DNA from: an uncultured Thermoplasmata archaeon
GTDB taxonomy: Archaea > Thermoplasmatota > Thermoplasmata > Halarchaeoplasmatales > Halarchaeoplasmataceae
Length of the DNA: 44,158 nt
Direction: 5' to 3'
Assembly (NCBI GenBank): GCA_964454575.1
Contig: CAYVTG010000001.1
Span: 1 to 44,158 of the forward strand
The position numbers were made by a program, and so were the translations under genes. The notes under the pieces are model-generated. The model worked only from the letters and a program-made list of their open reading frames with translations. It had not been told where the DNA came from and ran no database searches. Positions 1 through 9,069 of the stretch are shown here, in pieces (the first letter of the stretch is position 1; every line of letters begins with the position of its first letter).

Positions 1-2
1 CA

Positions 3-1823
3 AACGGTCGATCAGCCGTATATCTGCCGGGTATAGTGTTGGGTGCCGGTGAAAGGTTGGTGCTGGCCGAGGACGAAGACGGATATCGTGATATATGGCA
101 GGAACCCCCGTGTTATACGTGGGATGAAAGCGGTCTAGTACGTGAGGGGTACTTCCGGTTGAGGGATACCGGCGACGACGTTTTTCTGATGAACGGAAAC
201 CGGATCGTAGACACATTCTCTTATGGTGACGGAGAGGGGGTCATCGAGGGTTGGGATGGTCCCAGGTATCGAACCATGGGTAGGGGTGAATATGCCAAAA
301 GAGGATCTCGAGACACAGACACCGCTGAAGATTGGATATGGACGAGAACATGGCGGGTGGGGCAGTCTAACTTTTCAGTGGAACAGATAGCCTTCGAAGA
401 AGCCACTCTCTTCGTTTCTCCGGATACCTCTTCGTCGGCCATGATGCAGTTCTTAGAAAGTGTAGACCATAACCTGGTCATCTCGGTTTACCTTTTGAGC
501 GAACCCGCGATAACAGATAAGATCTCCAACCTATCTAAAAACGATGTGGATGTAAGGATACTCGTAGATGGTAGTCCGGTGGGAGGTATGCCTGATTATG
601 TCAGGCGGAGCCTTGATATCATAAGCGATGTCGGAGCGGAAGTGATGGTATTGAAGGATGGAAAATATTCGCCCCACAGTTACTTTCATTGTAAATATAT
701 GATCGCCGACAATTCATCCGTACTGGTTTCATCGGAAAACTTCGTCAACACGGGATATCCGGGAGACGGCATCAACGGAAACCGGGGGTGGGGTATAATA
801 TTACATAGTTCTGAAGTGGCCGATCATTTTTCAGATGTGTACCGCTGGGATCGTAATTATGCACACGAATTCACAGCAGATGATGTTTCATATACTGTTC
901 GATCACAAGATGAAATATCGTCGTACCGCAGCAGATACGAACACACGAAGGTAGAGGGCAATTTTACAGTGACCCCTCTTCTATCACCGGATTCATCCAT
1001 GTCTGACAAAACCATCTTGGGTATGATAAACGACGCAGAAGAGAGCATAATGGTGCAGCAGTTCTACATACATGAATGGGGTTATCGGGAAAACCCATAT
1101 CTGGAAGCACTTATCCAAGCGGCTGAAAGAGGCGTCGAGGTGAAGATAATGTTGGATTCGACCTGGTACAATCTAGGTGGAGAAAAAAACGATAATGACT
1201 ATACCGTTGACAGGTTGAATAATATCTCTTCTCAAAAGAACATTCCCCTTGAAGCCAGGCTGCTGGATCCGGGACACGGTATGAAGAAGATACACAATAA
1301 AGGGATGATAGTTGATAGAGATACGGTCCTCATATCGAGTATAAACTGGAACTCCAATTCCGTACTTCAGAACAGAGAGGTCGGTGTGATAGTCCAGGGT
1401 GTAGGCGGATACTATGCCGAAGTTTTCATGAACGATTGGAGATTCGATGTGATCCGACCCATAGCTGACGCCGGAAGGAACAGAGAGGCTGCAGTAGGAG
1501 AAGTAGTTCGCTTCGATGGAAGATACAGTTGGGACGATAAAGAGATAGTATCCTATAGATGGGACCTATCGGGAAATGGTGTGTATGAAAGCGAAGGAGA
1601 TATAGTGTCTACCGTTTTCAGAGAACCGGGTGAGTACAAAATAGAGCTCATAGTGGAAGATGGTGCTGGGAATGTGGGTATGGACAGAACGGTGATAACC
1701 GTAAAAGAACAGCAGGATTCCTTCATGTCATTACAGGAAGACGAATTCCCCATGATTATATTGGTCATCGTCTCCGTAGTTATCTTTGTCTCGATCTTAA
1801 TCTACAGAAGATACCGAAGTTAA
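3..1823 (+). CDS. Phospholipase D-superfamily protein with two HKD motifs, a PKD-like domain and a C-terminal EFP/TM/RRYRS anchor or sorting signal; 5' end lies outside the window
   Basis: The frame is open from nt 3, with no stop before the ORF-track start at 36. HKD motif 1 is HCKYMIADNSSVLVSSENF (His codon 687-689) and HKD motif 2 is HNKGMIVDRDTVLISSINW (His codon 1293-1295). YRWDLSGNG...GEYKIELIVEDGAGNVG looks PKD-like. The N-terminal LVLAEDEDG...DDVFLMNGNRIVDTFSYGD resembles the end of a lamin-tail domain. The tail reads QEDEFPMIILVIVSVVIFVSILIYRRYRS. Confidence 0.8.
   Translation, partial: NGRSAVYLPGIVLGAGERLVLAEDEDGYRDIWQEPPCYTWDESGLVREGYFRLRDTGDDVFLMNGNRIVDTFSYGDGEGVIEGWDGPRYRTMGRGEYAKRGSRDTDTAEDWIWTRTWRVGQSNFSVEQIAFEEATLFVSPDTSSSAMMQFLESVDHNLVISVYLLSEPAITDKISNLSKNDVDVRILVDGSPVGGMPDYVRRSLDIISDVGAEVMVLKDGKYSPHSYFHCKYMIADNSSVLVSSENFVNTGYPGDGINGNRGWGIILHSSEVADHFSDVYRWDRNYAHEFTADDVSYTVRSQDEISSYRSRYEHTKVEGNFTVTPLLSPDSSMSDKTILGMINDAEESIMVQQFYIHEWGYRENPYLEALIQAAERGVEVKIMLDSTWYNLGGEKNDNDYTVDRLNNISSQKNIPLEARLLDPGHGMKKIHNKGMIVDRDTVLISSINWNSNSVLQNREVGVIVQGVGGYYAEVFMNDWRFDVIRPIADAGRNREAAVGEVVRFDGRYSWDDKEIVSYRWDLSGNGVYESEGDIVSTVFREPGEYKIELIVEDGAGNVGMDRTVITVKEQQDSFMSLQEDEFPMIILVIVSVVIFVSILIYRRYRS
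1740..1820 (+). other. C-terminal tripartite signal DEFP / hydrophobic helix / RRYRS
   Basis: Read directly from the sequence: the EF codons GAATTC are at 1743-1748, followed by 19 hydrophobic residues and a basic end. Confidence 0.7.
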
Positions 1824-2866
1824 CAAATCCTGGGGACCAGATCTCCAACTGGCCTTTCCAAGATACGCCTTCCTCCGACACCTGTCTTTAAGACAACGCC
1901 GTTGATACCATCGCGTACTTCGCCTATGATAGCGGCTTCACGACCATTTTCGGTTTCATGCAAATATTCCAAAACATGTTCCGCTCGTGAGGGGTGGACG
2001 GCCAGTACGAATTTTCCTTCGTTTCCTATCGAGAGGGGGTCTATACCCAACATCTCTCCCGCGGAAATGACCCAGTCCTTCATGGGTATCTTATCCTCTT
2101 CTATCTCTATGCCCACCTCTGATTTTAAGGACCATTCGTTCAAGGTTTCCGCTAAACCACCACGTGTTGGGTCCTTCGCTGCGGCAACACCCTTTCCGCG
2201 AAGTGCGGCTTCCATCTCGTCTTTTAGTGCGGCCACATCGCTCTTTGCTTTCCCTCCAAAACCGTATCCTTCTCTAGCAGACAGTATAGTTATTCCATGA
2301 TCTCCGACCGTACCGGTAAGGATTATTTTATCTCCCACGTTAAGATTGTTATCCGTAAGCCACCTTGATTTTCGGCCGCCGGCTAACTCAAGATCTTCGT
2401 CCAATAGAGGGTGCCGTTTTCCTATCCCAGAAGTGGTCATTATAGGCTCGTCCAGGTCCTCTCGACCTACGACCTTGGTGTCGCCGGCTATAACGGGTAC
2501 GCCGGCCTTATCGGAAACCGCTGCTGCGCTTTCAAGGATCCTTTTTAACTTACTCATCTCGAGCCCTTCGGGTATCACCAAAGCAGTGCAGATAGCCACC
2601 GGGGTAGCACCCACGGCCAGGATGTCGTTTATCGTTCCAGCTACAGAAAGGCTGCCGAGATCTCCCCCGGGAAAAAAGATAGGTTTGACCGTATGTCCGT
2701 CTATGGTCACGACCACATTATCCACGATGGCCGAATCGTCAAGGTGATTGAGGTTTATCTCCCCGATATCCTTTGCAAAGAGCGGCAGTATCTCGTTTTC
2801 TATCAGATCAGACATCACTTCTCCTCCCGCACCGTGTGCCAGTGTTACTCTCTTTTCATCTGTCAT
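1820..2866 (-). CDS. hypE: Hydrogenase maturation protein HypE (carbamoyl dehydratase, PurM/AIR-synthase fold)
   Basis: Has the N-terminal LAHGAGGEVM motif, then FFPGGDLGSLSVAGTINDILAVGA and GDTKVV. It is colinear with E. coli HypE as I recall it and ends in the diagnostic PRIC. Confidence 0.9.
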   Translation of the reverse strand: MTDEKRVTLAHGAGGEVMSDLIENEILPLFAKDIGEINLNHLDDSAIVDNVVVTIDGHTVKPIFFPGGDLGSLSVAGTINDILAVGATPVAICTALVIPEGLEMSKLKRILESAAAVSDKAGVPVIAGDTKVVGREDLDEPIMTTSGIGKRHPLLDEDLELAGGRKSRWLTDNNLNVGDKIILTGTVGDHGITILSAREGYGFGGKAKSDVAALKDEMEAALRGKGVAAAKDPTRGGLAETLNEWSLKSEVGIEIEEDKIPMKDWVISAGEMLGIDPLSIGNEGKFVLAVHPSRAEHVLEYLHETENGREAAIIGEVRDGINGVVLKTGVGGRRILERPVGDLVPRIC

Positions 2867-2960
2867 CGATGGTTTATGTGATTCATATATATTAGATTGT
2901 CGAATCCCAAAGTATATGTGTGTTCGTCTATATCGTTATCTCGTGAAAAAAGTTCATGCC

Positions 2961-3125
2961 ATGGGTATCGCACTCGGTCTGGTGTTCGGTATAATATCCG
3001 TTTTACTGTTTTTATATCTGGGTGCTCAGAGTGCATTTCCGGTGATAATACTATGGATGCTCGTTCCGGTGTTCATGAAAAAGTTGATAGTCAGGCTCAG
3101 GAGGGAAAATGGTAGAAACGTATAA
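2961..3125 (+). CDS. Small hypothetical membrane protein (54 aa, two hydrophobic helices)
   Basis: The ATG at 2961 gives MGIALGLVFGIISVLLFLYLGAQSAFPVIILWMLVPVFMKKLIVRLRRENGRNV. I recognise no family, and the upstream part of the ORF-track entry does not look coding. Confidence 0.35.
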   Translation: MGIALGLVFGIISVLLFLYLGAQSAFPVIILWMLVPVFMKKLIVRLRRENGRNV

Positions 3126-3260
3126 ATACGATGCAGTACAAAATCATAATCACAGAGATATGCGGAGATCATCTGAAGGCGATAAAGAAATAAAAATATT
3201 TATAACGGGGGGCCTTTCTCATGGGCAAGTTAACGCAATCTCCGAGATAGGGCATAAATC

Positions 3261-5438
3261 ATGGCAGGAAGTTCTCAGGAAAGCTATGCAGACAAGGAGT
3301 CTACGCAAGGGGATACATTAATGGGTACTATGTCTGAAAGGGAGATCAAAGCTGTTCTGGAGGACTTTCAGCAGATATCTTTGGTGGACGAAGAACTAGC
3401 TCAGAAATTTTTAGATTCGGGATTCTTTGACCTTGAAAGTCTTGCGGATGCTTCAGCGGATAAACTAGCAGAGCTTGGTATAGTCGACGCAGAGCAGTCA
3501 TCGAAGGTGATCCAGGAAGCCGGTGAGCTGGTAAAAGCCGTATCTGACTCAAATACAACAAGATCATCGGACGGAGATGACGCGCTGGCAAAATGGTTGA
3601 CCGGCGAAACAGACGGGGAACTTGAGGGTTTGATGGAGACAGAGATAAAAAAGAAAGAAACGGTAACCGAGACCAAGACGCCGGTAACAGATGATGAAGA
3701 TGACACCGAAGACCTCGACGCTCTGAAATCATGGCTCAGTGGAGACTCGGATTCTTTCTCAGAATGGCTCGGTGAGGAAACATTCGAAGAAGAGAGAGAA
3801 GAGCTCGAGGAGGAGATCGCCGAACGTCAAGAAGAGCTCGTCGAGTCAAAAAGAGCGTTGGACAGTAAGATGCACGAGATGGAGGTGCTCAAAGGAGAAT
3901 TTGAAGATAGACTAAAACAGCTGGATACCGGTGAATTTGACGCCAATGAATTAGTGGAAGAAAATCTTACTCTCAGGGAAGAGATAGGAGACCTAAAGGC
4001 ATCCATAGAAGGTTTGGAAGAAGAACGAGAGAACCTGGTCCAGGAGCTGGAGGAGATCAAGCAGGGCAGTATCGCCATGTTGAAATACCTCAAAGCTCAA
4101 AAGCTCAAACAAACCACTTCGGGAGGAGGAGAACTCGGTGAAGGTCAAGTAGCCGTTGACGGGGAAGAGGTAAGATCATTAAAGGAAGAAAATGACACGT
4201 TGAAGAGTAAGTTGGAAGTCTTGAAGTCCAGTGGAGATTATGAAGGAGTCGAAGAATCGGAACTGATCGAAGATCTAAAACGAAAGGAGACCCAACTCGA
4301 TAGGTACGAGCGTGAGATCAAAGATAAGACAGAAAAGATACAGTCACTTCAGGATGATCTAAATATCAAAAACGAAGAACTCGACAAGATGAAAGAAAGG
4401 ATGAGGTACAAAGAGGATGAACTGAATAAACATGAAACAGACCTCCAGCACAGAGAAGAAGTCATGAAAAAGCAGATGAGAGAAGCCGAGGCGTTGAAGG
4501 AGGAGTTCGGAGGTTCTACGGAAAAAGAAAGGCAGAGACGGATGGAGGAACTTGAAAAGGAGATATCGAGAAAGGAACAGGAACTCAAGGCTAAAGTCAG
4601 CTACATGGAGCAGAAGGAGAGAGAGCTCAGGGCAAGGGAAGATGACCTGATAGATGAGGAATTGGAGGAACGTAAAGAAGAGATATTGCAGGAGATAGAA
4701 CAGGAAAAGGCAAAAACAGGCACATCTCGACTGGACGACCTTCTCCTTGGAGGATTCCCACTCGGTTCTAACCTATCTATATATGGTCCACCGCACGTGG
4801 GTAAACGTGTCCTGATCAATTCGTTCGTTGCAGAGGGATTGGAGAAGGGTGTGCCTGCTATATGGGTTATCACGGATAAGACCATCGCAGCGGTAAGGCA
4901 AGAGATGAAATTTGTACTTCCCACTTACGAGGAGTACGAGATGCGCCGTCTTATATATTACGTTGATGCATATTCCGTTAGTATGGGCGAAGTGAGAGAG
5001 GACGAAAAAGACAAGGATTACATCGCTTTCATAGACGAACAGTCCGACGTCGACGCTATAACCGAGGCGGTGGAGAAATTTGCCGAAGAGATAAAGAAAA
5101 AACACAGATACTATCGTCTTGCCTTCGAATCGGTATCAACCATCATAGCTTACCTGGACTCCACGACCACTTTCAGAACTCTGCAGCCCTTCGCCGGTAG
5201 AAGAAGAAGGGATCAGGCAGTCGCCCTGTATACGCTGGAGAAGGGGATGCACAGCGAGCAGGACATATCCATGTTAGGGCACATGATGGACGGAGAATTA
5301 GAATTTAAGTTCCAACAGTTACAAACTTATCTCAGAGTCGAAGGTTTGGGAGATGTCCAGACCAGACAATGGGTCAAATACAGTCACAGCAAGAGCGGTA
5401 TCACCATGGGTTCGTTCTCTCTGGATACAATACGTTAA
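3261..5438 (+). CDS. KaiC/RecA-superfamily ATPase-like protein with an N-terminal helix-hairpin-helix, an acidic WLxG repeat linker and a roughly 300-aa coiled coil
   Basis: The C-terminal domain LDDLLLGGFPLGSNLSIYGPPHVGKRVLINSFVAEGLEKGVPAIWVITDK is KaiC/FlaH-like. The middle third is heptad-rich and E/K/L-rich. The N-terminal LESLADASADKLAELGIVDAEQSSKVIQEA is HhH-like. An alternative start is the ATG at 3321 (MGTMSEREIK). Confidence 0.8.
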   Translation: MAGSSQESYADKESTQGDTLMGTMSEREIKAVLEDFQQISLVDEELAQKFLDSGFFDLESLADASADKLAELGIVDAEQSSKVIQEAGELVKAVSDSNTTRSSDGDDALAKWLTGETDGELEGLMETEIKKKETVTETKTPVTDDEDDTEDLDALKSWLSGDSDSFSEWLGEETFEEEREELEEEIAERQEELVESKRALDSKMHEMEVLKGEFEDRLKQLDTGEFDANELVEENLTLREEIGDLKASIEGLEEERENLVQELEEIKQGSIAMLKYLKAQKLKQTTSGGGELGEGQVAVDGEEVRSLKEENDTLKSKLEVLKSSGDYEGVEESELIEDLKRKETQLDRYEREIKDKTEKIQSLQDDLNIKNEELDKMKERMRYKEDELNKHETDLQHREEVMKKQMREAEALKEEFGGSTEKERQRRMEELEKEISRKEQELKAKVSYMEQKERELRAREDDLIDEELEERKEEILQEIEQEKAKTGTSRLDDLLLGGFPLGSNLSIYGPPHVGKRVLINSFVAEGLEKGVPAIWVITDKTIAAVRQEMKFVLPTYEEYEMRRLIYYVDAYSVSMGEVREDEKDKDYIAFIDEQSDVDAITEAVEKFAEEIKKKHRYYRLAFESVSTIIAYLDSTTTFRTLQPFAGRRRRDQAVALYTLEKGMHSEQDISMLGHMMDGELEFKFQQLQTYLRVEGLGDVQTRQWVKYSHSKSGITMGSFSLDTIR

Positions 5439-5455
5439 ACACAAGGAGGATATAA

Positions 5456-6829
5456 TTGATTATCTCTGATATCCTGGCAGCGACCACTTTTATAACGATG
5501 CTTCCTGTTCTGGCAGCGGTATTATTCATCGCATACATGCACAAACGGGATTTTCTACGTTCAACCGGTTTCGGAGGCCCGGAGGTAGGGATGATATTGG
5601 TCGGCTCTATGTTCGGTATCATAACTGATATCCCAGTAATAGTGGCTGAAAGTGCACTTCTAAATATCAATCTTGGTGGGGCATTGATCCCGGTGATCGT
5701 TTGTGGGAGTTTGATATACAGCAAGAGGTTGAATCTCATAAAGATATCATTGGGTGTGATCATGATATCTGTTCTTGCTTTTTATATCACAAGGTTTGAG
5801 CCTACCATGGGGATCGTAGCAGAATTCCCATATTTTTTGATGCCGTCTGCTTTAGGGATCGGCCTGGCATTTGTTTTTGAAAGGATGGGCGAAACAAGGA
5901 TACCTTATGCATATTCGGTATCTGTATTGGGAACACTTATAGGCGCAGACCTGGTCCGGATCCCTTTATTGGTACAAGAAGGCGTATTCGGCTCCATAGG
6001 CGGAGCGGGTGCCATGGATCTGGTTTACTTATCAGGTTTGATGGCGGCTGTCCCTTTGGTCGCTTTTTACTATTTTAGATATCCAAAAACCAGGGCGGAG
6101 GATCCCATGGATGAAAGTCGCAAGATGCTTCGTTCGGGCCACTACAAAGAAAGCATAGATAATTCGATATATTCTGTTGATCGTGAGTTAAAAAAAGCAT
6201 CGAGATTGGTTAACCGTGATAAACTTCCATGGCTAGGGCTTAATCCGGATATAGATGTGATGGTCATGTTAGGACTACACCCGATGATAATAGGGGATTA
6301 TACCAATCTTTTGAAGGCAAGGCTATCCATTACACCAACTGCGGCGTACAAGGCATTCTACACCTCAAAGTTGCTGCAAAAAGCTATCAAAACCGGCATA
6401 AATGAAAAATATACCAGTATGAAACGAAGGATGGCAGCCTACATAATAGACGTACTGTTCACCACTGTACCGATAATATTAGCCATATTCTATCTGTTCA
6501 TATCGGTTCCCACCTACACCGAGGTGTACCAATATTCTTCACTGTTTTTGGCACTTATTTCACTCCTCATATCTATCCAATTTATCTATTTCACCATCGC
6601 AGAGTGGCTGTTCGGCACGACTATCGGTAAGGCACTTCTGGGACTCAGGGTGGTTTCGGATGACTTCCATAAGTTAAACTTCATACAGAGCGCCGCAAGA
6701 AACTCAGCACGCTATGCAGACATATTACTGTTCTTCTACTTCGTCAGTATCGTGCTGATGATGTCCGGTCCTGAACGCAAAAGGATAGGGGATCATGTAG
6801 GCGGCACCAGAGTGGTGAAAATTAAATAG
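5456..6829 (+). CDS. Polytopic membrane protein: DUF1614-like N-terminal half fused to an RDD-family C-terminal half
   Basis: LLNINLGGALIPVIVCGSLIY and the surrounding helices resemble DUF1614. The C-terminal RRMAAYIIDVLF...GKALLGLRVVSDD...RIGDHVGGTRVV fits the RDD pattern. It has a TTG start 18 nt after the upstream stop. Confidence 0.7.
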   Translation: MIISDILAATTFITMLPVLAAVLFIAYMHKRDFLRSTGFGGPEVGMILVGSMFGIITDIPVIVAESALLNINLGGALIPVIVCGSLIYSKRLNLIKISLGVIMISVLAFYITRFEPTMGIVAEFPYFLMPSALGIGLAFVFERMGETRIPYAYSVSVLGTLIGADLVRIPLLVQEGVFGSIGGAGAMDLVYLSGLMAAVPLVAFYYFRYPKTRAEDPMDESRKMLRSGHYKESIDNSIYSVDRELKKASRLVNRDKLPWLGLNPDIDVMVMLGLHPMIIGDYTNLLKARLSITPTAAYKAFYTSKLLQKAIKTGINEKYTSMKRRMAAYIIDVLFTTVPIILAIFYLFISVPTYTEVYQYSSLFLALISLLISIQFIYFTIAEWLFGTTIGKALLGLRVVSDDFHKLNFIQSAARNSARYADILLFFYFVSIVLMMSGPERKRIGDHVGGTRVVKIK

Positions 6830-6835
6830 TTGTAG

Positions 6836-7942
6836 ATGATATCGGTAAGCGATATCATGAAAAAAAGGATAGAAAGCATATTCAAGTGCACAGAAGAAGA
6901 TCTTGACGGTATAATCCTATATAACTCAACAAAGCCCCATGTCGACCTCACATTTTTCTACGTCACCGGATTGATAGAAGGCGAATTCGAGGGAAGTGCG
7001 GCCATCATGTATCCCGATAACACGGCGGAGATACTCACATCCAGACTAGAAGAAGAGAGTGCCAAAAAATCAGGGATGCCTGTTACTGCTATCATGAAGA
7101 AAGACGAAAGAGAGTCATGGCTCAATGATAATCTCGATGGTATGGAACGCCTAGGGGTTAACAGTACCGAGCTCACCTATTATGCGTACAAGAACATCAA
7201 AGAAGCTACAGATGCAGAGATAATCGACATATCCGATGCAGTTATCGAGGCAAGGAACATCAAGGACGAAGAAGAGCTTAAACGATTACGCAAGGCATGT
7301 GATATAGCATCACGGGTAGCTGAAGACATAGTCGAATTTATCGAACCCGGTATAAAGGAGTACGAGCTCGCAGCGGAGATATCGTATCGTATGAAAAAGC
7401 TGGGAGCCACAGGTGATGCCTTCGAGATAATAGCATCCAGCGGTCCTAATTCCGCAGAGCCACATTACACGGCAGGTGAGAAGGAATTGGAAAAGGGAGA
7501 TTTCGTGGTACTGGACTTCGGAGCTCTTTACAAAAGATATCGTTCAGATATAACGCGTACTTACGTTGTGGGAAAAGCATCGGGCAAGCAAAAACGGATC
7601 TACAATATAGTTCTTGATGCACAAAAAGCCGCACTCGATGCGATAAAACCCGGAGCCAAGGGCGCAGCAGTTCATCAAAAAGCCGCAAAATTCATAGATG
7701 AAACAGAGTTCAGAGGAAAATTTACCCACGGCCTCGGACACAGCATAGGTCTTTCAGTCCATGATGGCTCAGGACTATCTCCCAATTTGGATGTAACCCT
7801 TGAACCCAATATGGTCTACACGGTCGAACCGGGCATCTACATCCCCGGATACGGCGGTGTACGTATAGAGGACGACATAGTCGTGACTGAAGATGGCTAC
7901 GAATTACTCACGGACGCTGACAAAGAATTGACAGAGGTCTGA
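6836..7942 (+). CDS. pepQ: Xaa-Pro aminopeptidase/dipeptidase, peptidase family M24B
   Basis: Contains DFGALYKRYRSDITRT, HGLGHSIGLSVHD and VEPGIYIPGYGGVRIEDDIVV, which carry the M24B metal-ligand motifs. Confidence 0.9.
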   Translation: MISVSDIMKKRIESIFKCTEEDLDGIILYNSTKPHVDLTFFYVTGLIEGEFEGSAAIMYPDNTAEILTSRLEEESAKKSGMPVTAIMKKDERESWLNDNLDGMERLGVNSTELTYYAYKNIKEATDAEIIDISDAVIEARNIKDEEELKRLRKACDIASRVAEDIVEFIEPGIKEYELAAEISYRMKKLGATGDAFEIIASSGPNSAEPHYTAGEKELEKGDFVVLDFGALYKRYRSDITRTYVVGKASGKQKRIYNIVLDAQKAALDAIKPGAKGAAVHQKAAKFIDETEFRGKFTHGLGHSIGLSVHDGSGLSPNLDVTLEPNMVYTVEPGIYIPGYGGVRIEDDIVVTEDGYELLTDADKELTEV

Positions 7943-7995
7943 TTTCGTTAACGCGGCCAAAATATTTATATCCCTAATAGGTATACGAGGTATAG

Positions 7996-8238
7996 GTGAA
8001 GCATATGGCGATAGGATTCGTACTGATAAAGACCGCACCCGTAACCGAACGGGAAGTATACAAGGTATTAGAGAAGCTACCCGAAGTCGAAGAGGTTTAC
8101 TCTTTGTTCGGGGAATTCGATATCATCGCCAAGATACATGCTGAGAACTTCAACACCCTTGGCCAGGTGGTCGTAGATCATATACGTTCCATCGACGGCG
8201 TCGAGGATACGAAGACATTGACTGGAATAGAATTTTAG
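7996..8238 (+). CDS. Stand-alone Lrp/AsnC-type ligand-binding (RAM) domain protein
   Basis: AIGFVLIKTAPVTEREVYKVLEKLPEVEEVYSLFGEFDIIAKIHAENFNTLGQVV...GVEDTKTL is the typical AsnC_trans_reg fold pattern. There is a GTG at 7996 and an ATG at 8005. Confidence 0.8.
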   Translation: MKHMAIGFVLIKTAPVTEREVYKVLEKLPEVEEVYSLFGEFDIIAKIHAENFNTLGQVVVDHIRSIDGVEDTKTLTGIEF

Positions 8239-8249
8239 GAGGAAAAAAA

Positions 8250-8552
8250 ATGCAACTAGAGATGTTTCAATTTCTGACGATATTGCTCCTGACCATGGGG
8301 CTAGGCCTGTTACTGACCGGACTTTTCACAGCGTACTTTGGAAGAGGTAAAAGCCGCATCGTTGGAATTGTACTGGCGATCGTAGGTATATTGGTGGGGT
8401 TGTTCACCTGGCTGATACACGCACAGAAGATGATAGAATTCAATTACCCCTTTGAAGCGACCGTTTGGATCGCTGTAGAGGTGATAGGTGCCTTCATAAT
8501 CGGTGCAGTTATAGCATTGGTCATCTTCTTAGCCGCCATAATGAAGACCTGA
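8250..8552 (+). CDS. Small hypothetical membrane protein (three predicted helices)
   Basis: Hydrophobic segments throughout, with an AGGAGG-like sequence just upstream (8237-8242). No family recognised. Confidence 0.5.
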   Translation: MQLEMFQFLTILLLTMGLGLLLTGLFTAYFGRGKSRIVGIVLAIVGILVGLFTWLIHAQKMIEFNYPFEATVWIAVEVIGAFIIGAVIALVIFLAAIMKT

Positions 8553-8598
8553 ACGGTCTTCCAAAAACTATTTCTATCCTTTTTTTCTTACCGTTATC

Positions 8599-9069
8599 AT
8601 GCGAGTAAAAATCATACTAGGTAGTAAAAGCGACAAAAAGGTCGGAGAGAAAGCAGTAAAAGTGCTGAAGGAACTAGATATAGATCATCAGATAACAGTA
8701 TCTTCCGCCCATCGTACTCCTGAGAGAACTGAGACACTGTGTACCGGAGCGGATGTATTCATAACTATCGCCGGTCTATCTGCGGCTCTACCCGGTGTGG
8801 TGGCATCACATACAACTAAACCTGTGATCGGTGTTCCCGTAAGTGGCAAGTTGAATATGGATTCTATTTTATCCATACTACAGATGCCGCCGGGCATACC
8901 TGTGGCGGCTGTTGGATTGGACCGGGGCGACAATGCAGCACTGCTGGCAGCGGAGATACTCGCAATCAACGATCCGGAGATCGGTGATAGATTGAAACGA
9001 TACCGAGCTAAATGGGGAGATAAAGTAGCCTCAGATGCCGCAGATATAGAGAACGAACTGGGGAAGTGA
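8599..9069 (+). CDS. purE: Phosphoribosylaminoimidazole carboxylase catalytic subunit / N5-CAIR mutase PurE
   Basis: Contains KIILGSKSD, VSSAHRTPE, AGLSAALPGVVASHTTKPVIGVPV and LQMPPGIPVAAVG. Confidence 0.92.
   Translation: MRVKIILGSKSDKKVGEKAVKVLKELDIDHQITVSSAHRTPERTETLCTGADVFITIAGLSAALPGVVASHTTKPVIGVPVSGKLNMDSILSILQMPPGIPVAAVGLDRGDNAALLAAEILAINDPEIGDRLKRYRAKWGDKVASDAADIENELGK

Noticed and set aside
3109-3321. 70-aa ORF upstream of the KaiC-like gene
   Set aside because: It has a basic composition and contains a TATA-like element (about 3193-3203) that more plausibly serves the downstream gene. No motif is recognised.
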